Assembly (NCBI GenBank): GCA_976551045.1 | Contig: CDPCPM010000013.1 | Span: 19,964,001-20,028,000, forward strand | Length of the DNA stretch: 64,000 nt | Direction: 5' to 3' | DNA from: Glaucostegus cemiculus | Lineage: Eukaryota | Shown here: positions 12,129 through 23,968 of the stretch, piece after piece | Layout: every line of letters starts with the position of its first letter | Numbering within the stretch: the stretch's first letter is position 1 | Notes under the pieces: generated by a model | The model's database searches: none | What the model saw: the letters and a program-made list of their open reading frames with translations, nothing else | Told to the model about the DNA's origin: nothing | Translations under genes and position numbers: made by a program

Positions 12129-12299
12129 TTTTCCAAGTGGTCGGTCACCACCACCATCATGTGAAAGGTATCAGACTGAGTAACGCCTTTGGCGTTGGGT
12201 TGCAAAAGCAATTAGTACAGTTTCAGAAGGAAATCTCAGGTTCTGAATCAGAGAGGTACAACTGCAAGTTTGCAGATCATTTTCTTTCATATTTTTACC

Positions 12300-13260
12300 A
12301 CCGTTGATTTATCAGGGTTTGCTTCGAGGGCTGACATTAGTGGAAAACCCACTTCCGGATTCCATTTCTTTGTTTGCACACGTCCTTGCCCAGTTTCGGC
12401 ATATCATAGGAATGCAACGTAGAAATTATCCTGCAGGGCGGAGACTTTAGGTTGGCAGAACTGGATTACTGCAGTGAGAACGCTTTGTTTAAAGCACACT
12501 CTTGACCAGCTCTACGTAGAATACTTGTCGCACGCTGGCTCTGAAGAAGAGTAACATTTGCGACTGATCAGTTTAAAAGTTTCTGTCGTGTGATCTGGAG
12601 TCTGCAGTAGTACTGACGAAATGTGTTTTGGTGAGTCGGTTTCTGCCTGTTCGTTCATAAACATTAGTAATGCTGATAGTCGCCCGGAATAATGTTCGTC
12701 GGAGGGAAGCGCGCAAGTTTAAGAATTAACAGAGACGGGAATCACAGAATGTGAAAATTAACTTTGGTTTGTGATCTGCTATTTAATAATTAAGGATGAG
12801 GCAGACATGTATGTTTTTTTTTCAATATCGAATTCCTCAAAAACCAGTAATCGCAGTTTATACAGGAAGCCACAGGAAAATAATGATGACGTTTTATGCT
12901 TTTAAGTAAAAACTCCTTTCCAAAGGCATAGTGTATCAGTTTCATTTCCAAGTACTATTCCTAAAATGCAATGTGTCCGTACGTAAGGTAGGATCATTTT
13001 CTGTGAATCTGACAATGTCTTAATTTTATATTGAAACGGTATTTTCACGATCTGTCAATTTCTGGTGTTATTTTAATCGCCCAACGCAGTTTATCAAACT
13101 TGCCCGTTTTCAAAATACTAATTTAACTCCCGCAAATAAACAGATCGAACCAACAGATCCATTGACTTGGCTTGCTGGTATCATTTTTGTCTAAAGAAAC
13201 TGTAGGTTTTGATTTCAGATTCTATCCCAGGATCTGAGCCGATTAGTTCTGTAATAGTTG
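12300..13260 (+). promoter_or_regulatory. Putative CpG-enriched SYTL2 promoter with non-coding first exon ending at 12630
   Basis: Non-repeat region with visibly raised CpG density in otherwise CpG-poor DNA. ETS/GABP site CACTTCCGG at 12350-12358, GC-box GGGCGGAG at 12436-12443, and a consensus donor G|GTGAGT at 12631. Confidence 0.55.
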
Positions 13261-13414
13261 GTTACAATCCATGGGCGGATGTTAGCTTGTAGTAGTTTCT
13301 CAATTATAAATTAAGCTTTAAGCTGCCATGTTTGCCTCTTGAGTGACAATTAAATATTGCAAGGGGATATTTGAAAGCATCAGAGTTTCTATTTTTTTTT
13401 ACAGAATCTTGCAT

Positions 13415-14420
13415 CACTGGCTTGGCCAGCATTTATCGCACAACCTGAACAGGTCTTGAGAACGTGGCGAAGAGCTGCCTTGAACCACGCTATTCCTTCT
13501 TGTGAAGGTATTTCCATCATGCTGTTGAGGAAGATTTATAGGATTTAGACCCAGTAACAATGAAGGGAGGATGATGTATTCTCAGAATGGTATATGAAAG
13601 GGATCCTGCAAGCAGTGGTGATCCTATGGCCTTGCTGCACTTGTCTTTTGATTGTGGGTTTAGGAAACACTGCTGGACTAGTGTAAGCAAATAACTGCAG
13701 TTTATTTTGTAGATGCCACACACTAGGTGCACTGTGCCCCCAATTTAAGGGGGAATGGATGTTATGCTAGTGGATGAAATACAAATCAAGTAGGTTGCTT
13801 TGATCTGGATAGTGTCAAAGATATTTTAAGTTGTTAAAACAAGTGAAGACTATTCCATCATACTCCTGACGTGTCTCAGAAAGGCTTTCAGATGACCAAA
13901 GGTGAGGAACTCTCAGCAGAATAGCCAGTCTCTGACTTCCTCTCATAGCTATGGTATTTATGAGTCTGGTATGGTTGAGTCATTGTCAAAGGCTCAGTGG
14001 TGGCCCAATGATAATGGAGAACTCAATAATGCTAATGTCAAGAACAGATGGTTAGACTCTCTTGTTGCCTTTGTCTAAGTCTTGCTGTATACTGGCATGG
14101 ACTTGTTCATTTGTTGAGTTGTAAATGGAATTGAACAATATTGTTCATTAGCAAATATCCCCACTTTTGACCTTGTGATGAAGGGAAGCTCATTAATAAG
14201 GCAATTGAAGATGGCTGAGCCTGGGACAGTGCCTTGCGGAACCCCTGCAGTGACATCCTGAGACTGGATGATTGACCTCCAATAAACATAACAGTTTTGC
14301 TTTCTGCAGAGTTTGACTCCAACTATTGGAGTGTTTTCTTTTTTATGTACATTAACTTAGATTTATCAGGGCTTTGATGTCAAAGAGAGTCATTTTCACC
14401 TTGTCTCTGGAATTCAGTTC
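13415..14420 (-). mobile_element. Degraded CR1/L2-group LINE 3' region
   Basis: 3' end motif ggcttggccagcatttatc; reverse-strand remnants of GVPQG.VPGS and (D)IKAL RT motifs at 14200-14380. Confidence 0.7.
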
Positions 14421-16325
14421 TGTGGTTTTTGTTGCGGTCTCAAGGTATCCTGGCTCTTCACTATCATTCCTACACCAACATCACTGATGTTTGTGATGTC
14501 TCATTTAAATAATTGTGTGGAGAAGCATAGTTATTTAAGCAGCTTTGTAACTTAAAGAAAATGTACAATGAAATGGATTTATTTTTGTGCATAACAACTA
14601 TGTTTGACACTGGAATCTTAAACTTCAAGATTCATGGAATTGAGCTTTTGGCCAAACATCCCTTTCTAGGAATAGCATGATTGGCATGGGAGGTGTTAAA
14701 TTGTTGCAGAATGGAATTACATAACTTTATTTTGAGTGTATTTGTGATTTAACTATTTCTGATTGCAGCTTTGTATTTTTATGAATACAGTTTGTTTTAG
14801 GAAAGTATACTAGATGTCTTTTGCATAATGCATTATGAATGTGGACATGAAAGTTATTCTTCTCAAATGTTCAGGCATAATGTGGGAGAGGAGGGAATCT
14901 AAAGATCAAAGTGTGAGGTGATGTGGAGTTCATTTACTCTGCTATATTCTTTTGCAGACTTTGCCTATGAGCTAATTTTATGCAACTAATAGAAATACAC
15001 TTTAACATCTGAAACTTGGCTAATTATTGTTCTTCACTTATGGGATTACCAGCTCCACTAGAAAAATAGTCTTACTGTATCCTTTGTAATTTTTAATGCC
15101 ATACCTGGTTCTATAGATTTGATTTTTGCATTGCAAAGTTTTGAGTAGAGTAAAAATTAAAATGTACTTAATTTGCCTCTATATGCTGAGACTCAGTCTG
15201 TGTTAAGAGTTTAGTTAAAAATATTTTACAATCTTACAGCCATTTTGTGCCAAGTATGACACAGGCTTTACTAAAATCTCATGACAGTGTACAGTTAACT
15301 ATTCTCTCTGACAACTTATAATTTCTTTAATAATTGAATGTGAAATGATGTGATTGAGAGTAAACCAGATTATCATTTATAACTAGTTAGATTTAGGTAC
15401 TTTGGATTTAGATGCTGTTTATGTTGAGACAGCTGGCAGATTTTAGTCTAACTTTACAATCACATGTTGTGGGTATGACTAACTGACATCCTGTGCCATT
15501 ACAGTAAAGTGACTCAGTCATTCACATTAGAGTAGAAACTAGATTTGCATCTGTCTATGAATTGTGCAAAACTAGTTGAGCCTGATTTAACATGATCAAA
15601 ACCCTTTATCAGGAAAACATTAAATACAGGGATTTTAAACTAACTTCAGGTCTTCTAGGATTTTGGGAGTAATCACTTGAATCATGAAATATATTGACAA
15701 ATTAAATTTGAATCTTTTTAAAGTTTAATTTGTTGTACAACTAATTTGTTGATAGTATTTAATTGGATGTAATGACCTCAATTATTATCTTGGGGGTGGG
15801 GGGAACATTCTAACTTGCGTAAGTGATGCTATTTATCCCCTCTACCACACATTTTGGTGCATCATGAAACCTACTTGAATAAGTATGTATTTAAGAAAAC
15901 AGCATAAATTTGTATTTCTTTTCAATACAGGAAATTACCAGACTTGTGTAATCTTTAGTTCAAATATTTTAAATTTTTATGATTGAGACTGAAGCATGCT
16001 CAATGGGGAATATTGAATGTTTGGTGAAACTATGCAGTAAATGTGGATCTGTGTTACAGTACTTATCACCTGACTGATTTAATTTTGAGCACAAATATTT
16101 ACTGAGAATATGCGTTGCAGATGCTTTTGACTGGCTATGTGGGTTTCCCATCTCTCAACAATCAAAGGATGTTTACACATGCCTATATTCATAACATTTG
16201 TTCATAAGACTTGGGATGCAGTAAATGGCAGAAATGAATGTGGTGGCAGATCTCAAACCTTTTTGAATTTTAAAGGACAATTGGAATTGTTAATCAGTAC
16301 CCTTCAGTAAGCTTCCAACATTGAC

Positions 16326-16619
16326 AAGATAAGATCTTTATTAGTCACATGTACATTGAAACACACAGTGAAATACATCTTTTGTGTAGTGATTTTGGGG
16401 GGCAGCCCGCAAGTGTCACCAAGCTTCCAGTGCCAACATAGCGTGCCCATAACTTCCTAACCTGTACATCTTTGGAATGTGGGAGGAAACCGGAGCACCC
16501 GGAGGAAGCCCACATAGACACGAGGAGAACGTACAAACTCCTTACAGGCAGTGACCAGATTTGAACCCGGGTTGCTGGCGCTGTAAAGCATTGTGCTAAC
16601 CACTATGCTACCATGCTGT
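16326..16619 (-). mobile_element. V-SINE with Rex1-like tail
   Basis: Closely similar reverse complement of 11836-12128 (the ORF track shows the same spurious peptide, SGCSGFLPH.KDVQVRKLW). Confidence 0.88.
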
Positions 16620-16679
16620 CCATAATGATCCCTTGATAATGATACTGTGTGTCCATAATGATGTTACCTTTTTTTGTGA

Positions 16680-17065
16680 GCCATGGCTCAGTTGGTTGCA
16701 TTCTTGTCTCTGAGTTGGAATGATAAGTCTCACTCCAGAGTCCTGAGCCCAAGTATCTATGCTGACATTCTGGAGCAGTATGGGAGGGAATGGAGCAACG
16801 TCAAAGCTGCGGTTTTTCTGTTGAGACACAAAACTGAGGTACTACCTGCTCTCTGCAGGGAAGAGAGAGTTCCTAGGGATTATTTTCAGGAGCCAGAGAA
16901 TTTTCTCTAGTGTCTTTCCCCAACCAACATCACTGAGAAATAGATTATCTGGTCCTCATGCATTTACTGTTTTGAGGATTTTAATGTGCCTAAAATGTCA
17001 GCAATGAAAAGCTCTGCTACTTGTAAAGCAGTTTGGGATGTCCTGAGGCTGCGAAAATAAATAGC
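16680..17065 (+). mobile_element. DeuSINE (SacSINE1-like), near full length, old
   Basis: tRNA-like head tggctcagttgg..tctctgagt; Deu-domain-like ctgttgagacacaaaactgagg and ccccaaccaacatcact..agattatctggtc; L2-like tail tgtaaagcagtttgggatgtcctgagg. Confidence 0.7.
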
Positions 17066-20000
17066 TTTCCCAAGCAGACTACTGCAGATGGTTGAAATCA
17101 AAGATATCCAACAGGTCAGGCAGTATTGATGAGAAAAGAAAATAGTCTATTGCTAAAGGTTAAAGCCCTTTGCTAGTAGCCATTTCTTCTGGTTTTAAAA
17201 TTCTCATGAGAAGTCATCAATGTGAAATGGTAACTCTGTTTCTTTCCTACAGATGGTGTCTGATTGTTGAAGGTTTCCAGCATTTTGTTGTTCTTATTCT
17301 AAATAATTTTTGGTATTAACAAAGCCTAAACATCAGCAAAATGTGTTTGCCAGCTAAAGCTTCATAAGTATTATTAAAGATACCAAGCCAAAGAAAATCG
17401 ACATCAAAATATGTATGTGTAGGATGTTTCAGACATATTCACAATCTAAGTGAGTTGATAAATATTCAGTCTAGTGACTGAAGTTTAAATTCTAGAGTGT
17501 TCTTTTATTTTTATATTGTCACTATTTTGTTACTAAATATCATTTTCCATCTATGTCACTTATTTTCTTAACAGTTTCATGTACCTACTTTGTAGCAGGT
17601 GAATTGTTGAAACGTAATTGAGTAATTTCTGGCCAGGTTTTGTCTTAGTTGGTCATAACATGGTTGCTAGGAAGGAAGTACATGATAGTGGACTGTTCCC
17701 TGCATTTTTCCTATTTTCCTTGCCTTGGTCTATTAAGACTTTGTCTGGCATCTTCAATGTGTGGTTATTGTACTAACATTCTTTAATCTTTTAAGATGCA
17801 CAGTCGTCAAATGTTATTCCTTCAATTAGCAAATCTTTTGTCAATAAAGGGGAAAAAGTAGTATTTTAAGTTAAAGGCCTCAAACCTAGTCCAGCATTCC
17901 CTGTTTTCAAAAACTTCTGAAATCTGGGCTACCTACAATCTTTTAGGCATTGGAAAGATAGTACAGACAATGTCAAAAAAATGCAGCGTGGAAGAGAACT
18001 GATACTTTTAATGCTATAGTAAGTAAAACCATGATTGGAAAGGGTGCTAAAAGTTGGTAAAAGATTACTTCAAGAATGTGAACATAAAACAGCCTGGTTA
18101 ATGTCTTGAATTGTAAGAAACATTTGCATGCTGTGATGGGAGAGCATTGGTTTTGATGAAAAGATAATCTAGCTGGGTTTAATAATTTCCTTTCATCTCC
18201 ATTCAAGTCACTAACTTTAGATTATTATTGCAAGCAATGCATTTCCAACATTCTTGTACAGTTTCCTCCAAGGATATATTATCGGCCCTCCTCTCTTCCT
18301 GATCAGATCTGTTTGTAATTTCCCCTTTATCAGCTGGAGAAGTCTGAAAGTTCTTTTTATATTGTATGATGATGGCATTCAACTAATTTGATCCCACAGC
18401 CATTGGCATCTGTTCTCAGAATTTTGTGATATTTTCAATACTTGTAGATGGGGAAAGAAAGTAATCTATTTAATTCACATTGATGTTTTCAAAAGAGGAG
18501 TTAGAAAAAAAAAATCAAGTCATGGTGGTAGATCTGGAAAAATGAACAACTTTTTTTCAAAAATATTAATTTTAAGAGTTTTTGAAATCAGCACATATAT
18601 TAAAAATTTCTTTGGCTGTCAGTAAGACAACTTTTGATCTTTGCCATAAATTTTGCTCTTTTAGCATTGATTCCATTTCTTTTATCCTGTCACTAGCACT
18701 GGCTAAATCAAGCCAAGTAAAACCTTGGAGATATATGCAACCTCAAGTGAGTTGCAAAACCCCACATAATATTCATTCCAAAATTGGCTGCTTTTTACCT
18801 CTATCCCTACCTTATCCCCACTTTGATCGAAACCCTCATCAATGGTTAATTGCCACAAATGTATTTGCAACTGTTTATATTTGTCTAACTTCCATAAAGT
18901 TCATAGTCCAAAACTGGGTCTAATGTAGATGATTTCGTTATGCTTCCTAATTTTAATTACCACACCCCACCTCCCCCACCCACCTTGCACTCCCATGCCA
19001 CTGCTTGAGTAGAGGATCTTTAAGTTTTACATGTTCTCTTCTGACCAAAACTCTAAGTTCCATCATCCATATACTCCAATAATCTTTGCTTCTGTAGTGC
19101 TAGTGTTATGCATGCATTCCACCATGACTTTAGTAGCAGGATGTTACTTTAAACAATGTTACTTAGACTTCAATCACTCTGTTAGATCCACTATACCCAT
19201 GTGCTTGTCTCTCTATCTTCAAAACTTTCCTGGTAAGAGTAGATGGATATGAGAGAGGAAGAGGTTACAGGAAATGGTGGGAATGGGATTGATCTGACAG
19301 CTGGCATAGACTAGTTGGGCTAAATTACCTCCTTCATGTCATGAGAAGTAGAAAAATATGAGTTATTACATTTTTTAAGGTAAGCTTTTGGTTCAATTTT
19401 ACTACCAAGGCTTGAAGTTTATGTTTATAGTTTTAAGGGCATGGTATTCCTTTTAAGGTGTGAAAGATGTTGTTATTTGCTCCTCAACCTTGCCAGTATG
19501 CGATCTCAGGCTGTTCTTCTCTGTGACTTAAGCATATGGTTTAAATTTGGGAATCTTTTCGTAAATAGAAAATCTTGAAATTAATATTATAAGGGTTTTC
19601 TGCTCCCAGGGGATTAGTGTTCAAATACTCTTAGACTCTTAATACTGTTATAATTGTAATACTCTTCACTCAGTTCTGCAATTTACCTTTACCCAGCCTG
19701 ACTACTTGTAGCATTTTGGCAATATATTAACATGCCACAACTTGTTCTGCTGGCTTCTTTTGCTACTTGATTAATGCATATTTCGACAGCAGCCTGAGCC
19801 AGAGACAATGGTTTGCTGGCTGTGAAAGACCTGAACCGCAATTTTGTGGGAAGGACATGCTCTGATCCATGTGGAGGTCTTGCCATGATACATAGCCTCC
19901 CATGTTGAGGATGGAATCTGCTTCATCCATCAAGTTCTGACCAGGGGATATGAACAAATTGAGTGAGAACTTAGACTGGAGATCAATGGTGAGCATGAAA

Positions 20001-20361
20001 GCTTGCCACTGACTCTATAATCTCTAGGGCATTAAAATAGTAACTTTCTATGCAACTGCCCTCACACAATCATATAAAATTTGTTCCAATAAATAACCAA
20101 AAAAGTCAATAAAAATTAATAGGATTCTTTGTAAGAATGAATTCCATTTAACTGAATTGGTTTGGCAGTTTCTGCTGGATTCATGTTTTATTCAACACAA
20201 ATTGTCAGAGCACACTCAGTTGCTTTCAGGGGATGTTCTTCACTTCTCTTGATATAAAATAAAAAAGATCTACAAATGATGAATATTTTTTCATTGGTTA
20301 AAGCATTATATTGTTTCTATATAAATGCACTAATTTAGTAAATTGGAAATAACTATTCCGG

Positions 20362-21796
20362 CATGTCTCAAAGCAACAATGATTTTACCCATCCCCAAAG
20401 TCAAGAACATCACAGGCATGAACGACTATAGACCGATTGCACTAACACCTCTCATAGCTAAATGCTTTGAGAGGGTGATACTGAGATTCATCAAAAGTGC
20501 AATCCCACCAACGGTAGACCAGTATCAGTTCACATACCGGGCGAATAGATCAACGGAGAATGCGATCAACCTAGCCCTTCACACTGTGTTGACACACCTG
20601 GACAGGCAGAATGCCTATGTCAGGATGCTCTTTCTGGACTTCAACTCAGCATTCAACACGGTAATCCCCAGCAAGCTTGTTTCCAAACTTCACAGTCTTG
20701 GCCTCAATGCCTCAATTTGCAACTGGACCATGGACTTTCTCACCAACAGACCACAGATGGTGAGGTTAGGTGGACATACATCCTCAACCATCACCCTGAA
20801 CACAGGAGTGCCACAGGATTGTGTGTTAAGTCCCCTCCTGTACGCGTTCTTAACCTACGACTGTTCACCCAAACATGCTACAAATACCATAATTAAATTT
20901 GCAGATGACACAACAGTCATCGGCTTAATCTCCGACGGTGATGAGTCTGCGTACAGGGATGAGGTGGACAACCTAACAGCCTGGTGTTCTACCAACAATC
21001 TTATCCTAAACACTAAGAAAACCAAGGAGATTGTGGTAGACTTCAGGAGGACAAGCAGAACAGAACTTGGCCCAGTGCTCATCAATGGCGAGGCAGTAGA
21101 GAGAGCTACAAGCTTCAAATTCCTGGGGACTCACATCACCGAAGACCTCTCCTGGGGAACTCACTCTACATTAAGCATCAGGAAGGCGCAACAGCGTCTG
21201 TACTTCCTACGGCAGCTGAAGAGTGCAAACTTGTCAACAGGTATCCTGGTCAATTTCTATAGGTGTGCGATAGAGAGCATCCTGACATACAGTATCACTG
21301 CCTGGTATGCCAGCTGTACCAACAAAGAGAGGAAAGGCCTACAGCGGGTGATTGACACGGCACGGAAGATCACAGGGGTGCGCCTACCCGCATTGGCGGA
21401 CATTTATGAGTCCCGGTGTCTGAACAAGGCTACAAACATCATTAAGGACTCTTCCCACCCGGCCCATCACCTCTTCAGTCTGCTCCCCTCAAAGAAACGC
21501 TTCAGGACATTCCACACATCCACGGCCAGATTGAGGAATAGCTTCTTCCCCAACGCTGTGAAAATCTTAAACAAGGACTTTAAATTTCACAGATTGCACT
21601 AGTTCTTTCTCGCTTCTTCTCTCTCTCCCTCTAATACATCAAGTAAACCCTACAGTGTAAACTCTAACTTAATTTATTCTCTATTTATTTAATATTTAAG
21701 TACTGTGCCTATTGTCTGACATGGGAGTGCCAATGAAATCTCGTTGTTCTGTTGTCTCAACGGCTCAATGACAATAAAGCAATCTTGAATCTTGAA
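20362..21796 (+). mobile_element. Young 5'-truncated Rex1/Babar LINE with intact RT frame (ORF 20343-21602, 419 aa)
   Basis: NDYRPIALT, QFTYRANRSTENA, MLFLDFNSAFNT, GVPQDCVLSPLLY, KFADDTTVIG, KTKEIVVDFRR, NSFFPNAV; the 3' UTR ends aataaagc(aatcttg)2aa. Confidence 0.95.
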
Positions 21797-21954
21797 AACC
21801 AATTGTATTATAATCCATTTTTTTCCTTTAAAAAGATTGATTCAAATGTTTCAATGCATTAATGTGAAATGTAGTTAAACATGCTGCAGCTGGGAGGTGC
21901 ACCATGTGTTCAGTTTGTTAAAACTGGGGGGAAAAGCTAGTAATATCCCATTAT

Positions 21955-22275
21955 AACATAGAAAGAGGCCATTTAGAGGCCAGTTCACAGAGCAGTCCCA
22001 TCCCCTCACTAATTTTTTTTCCCTATAACCTATAGCCTCATGTCCACCAACCTCTTCTACCCCACCCTCTGCCCACATTCTACCATTCACCTACATGTTA
22101 GGGATGATCTACAGTGGCCAATTAATCCAGCAATCCATGCATCTTGGGGGTGTGGGAGGAAACTGGAGTATCCAGAGGAAACCCACATGGTTACACAGAA
22201 ATGTGCAAATCCTACGCAGTCGGACTGGAGATCAGGATTGAACCCAGATTGCTGAAGCTGTGTGGCAGCAGCACT
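21955..22275 (-). mobile_element. HE1-type V-SINE, older copy
   Basis: Reverse V-domain (tgtgggaggaaactggagtatccagaggaaacccaca) and tRNA head ending near 22275. Confidence 0.8.
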
Positions 22276-22279
22276 GCTC

Positions 22280-22494
22280 AAAGTCCGAGTAGGTCCTGAG
22301 ATCACTGTGACCTTTTGGCAACTCAAATGCTGAAAGGAGCTTTGTATCATAGGTGACACAAAGAGTAGAGTGCCTTGCAGTACCCATTTCCTCTTTAGGT
22401 AAACTGTACCAAGTTTTCTTGTGTGATCTTCTATCCAAGTACTAACCAGGGCTGAGTCCAGTCTGAAATCAGACAGGATCAGATGTTTCCAGAC
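22280..22494 (-). mobile_element. 5S-rRNA-derived SINE head (SINE3/AmnSINE1-like) or 5S pseudogene
   Basis: Reverse strand reads ..tgatcctgtctgatttc..CCTGGTTAGTACTTGGAT.., an exact 18-nt match to the vertebrate 5S rRNA internal control region, followed by a tRNA/Deu-SINE-like segment. Confidence 0.7.
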
Positions 22495-23879
22495 AAGCAG
22501 CAATGCATTTTGTAATTAGTAGTACAAAAAGCAGCTGTTGGACACATGATAGAGTTGTTCTCTATGCTGTAAGTCATTTTTATATTAGATATTTCCCCCT
22601 CCCCAATCTGGTTGTCTGTGGAAAGGAGAATGGTTCAGACCAAAAGAACTTGTAACTATTGAAATGCATCAGTGAGTGAACAAATCAGTTGATCTCCTTC
22701 AACAGAACAAGTATTGAAATGTAGCTGTGACTGCTAAATTGCAAATGTTAGAATCTTGCAGATAATATTTACATTATTAACTAATACTTATTTGTGTAAT
22801 GCTACCCTAGTCCTGAAAGTATACTTCAGGAAAGAAAGTGCGGTTAATAAAGAAAGAGTGAGGAACTAGTTAAGAACAACAGGAAATCCATTGCTTTTTT
22901 AAATACTATGGGTTTTAAAAAGCTTTTTTACCATGATTAACTCACCTTTTATTTCAAAAATACTATGTTCCTTCAGTGTATTTTTTTTAGTTTTACATGA
23001 TCTACAAGAAGGTTATTGTAAATGGTTTAGGTTATTGGAAGATATTGAAGCTAAAAATATTGCTAATGGATTTATACTGCATATATTGTTTTCATACAAG
23101 TTCTGTAGAAAGTTGGAAATGGTTTTGGAAAGAGATTTTCACAATACTTTCTAGTCTTGGATGTAACCAAATTAATAATACTTGTTTGAAACATTTTCTT
23201 TCAAAGGGATATTGTAAGAAACTTAGCAGTTTTTTTTCTCCAAAATAACTTAGGAAAAACTACCATAAAATAAGGAGAATCCATTTAAATGTGTACACCT
23301 GGCAATGTAGAGTGTGGATTGCAGAGGGGGAGAGGGGGTTTACAGGGGGGCTGCACTTTAAAATTTGGACTGCAAAATTTAAATTATACTAAAGGCAAAA
23401 GAGTGTATGTCAATCACATTTACTGGTGTAACTCGTTATAAATATGTGCTATTTTAGAATCAGCTTGTTTGTAATGGTGATGCAAACTGATGGTATCCTT
23501 CACATAATTTTGGTGCTTATACCAACAGCAAAACAGAAAGAAATATACCTGCAGTACTTAATTCTAATTAATTTTTCTGAAGATAATTTAAGTCCTTTGA
23601 GGTTCAGTGAGTACAAGTCCATCTGGACAAGAAAAGTCTGGGAGATTTTTTTTTCTCTGTCTCTTTGACCAATTTGTATTTCTTCCATGTCAAATGACTT
23701 TTGAGAACAGGAATTAAGTACAGGTGACACCCATGTTATTGCTGTTTGGTTAATGGAAATTTGCCCTGCAAAATTCACAAATCATTAGTCAAAAATTTGA
23801 GATGTGGAATAAAATTCACTCTCATGGGATTTATGAAAATAATTAAATGACATTTTCAGCTTGCGTTTCTTGATGCATG

Positions 23880-23968
23880 CACAGATGATGTGGCTTTGCG
23901 TTATGGAAAATCGTGATACGGATTGTTTTCTAGGAATGCAACCCTCCCATAATGCAGGGGTTGCCTGT
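23880..23968. mobile_element. Possible Tc1/mariner (Tigger-like) MITE terminus
   Basis: gcgttatggaaaatcg...cataatgcaggggttgcctg resembles Tigger-type terminal sequence; no partner end was identified. Confidence 0.3.

Noticed and set aside
20343-21602. 419-aa RT ORF as a domesticated gene or retron-like system
   Set aside because: It is 5'-truncated with a typical LINE 3' UTR and tandem tail, and has no own promoter or partner genes.
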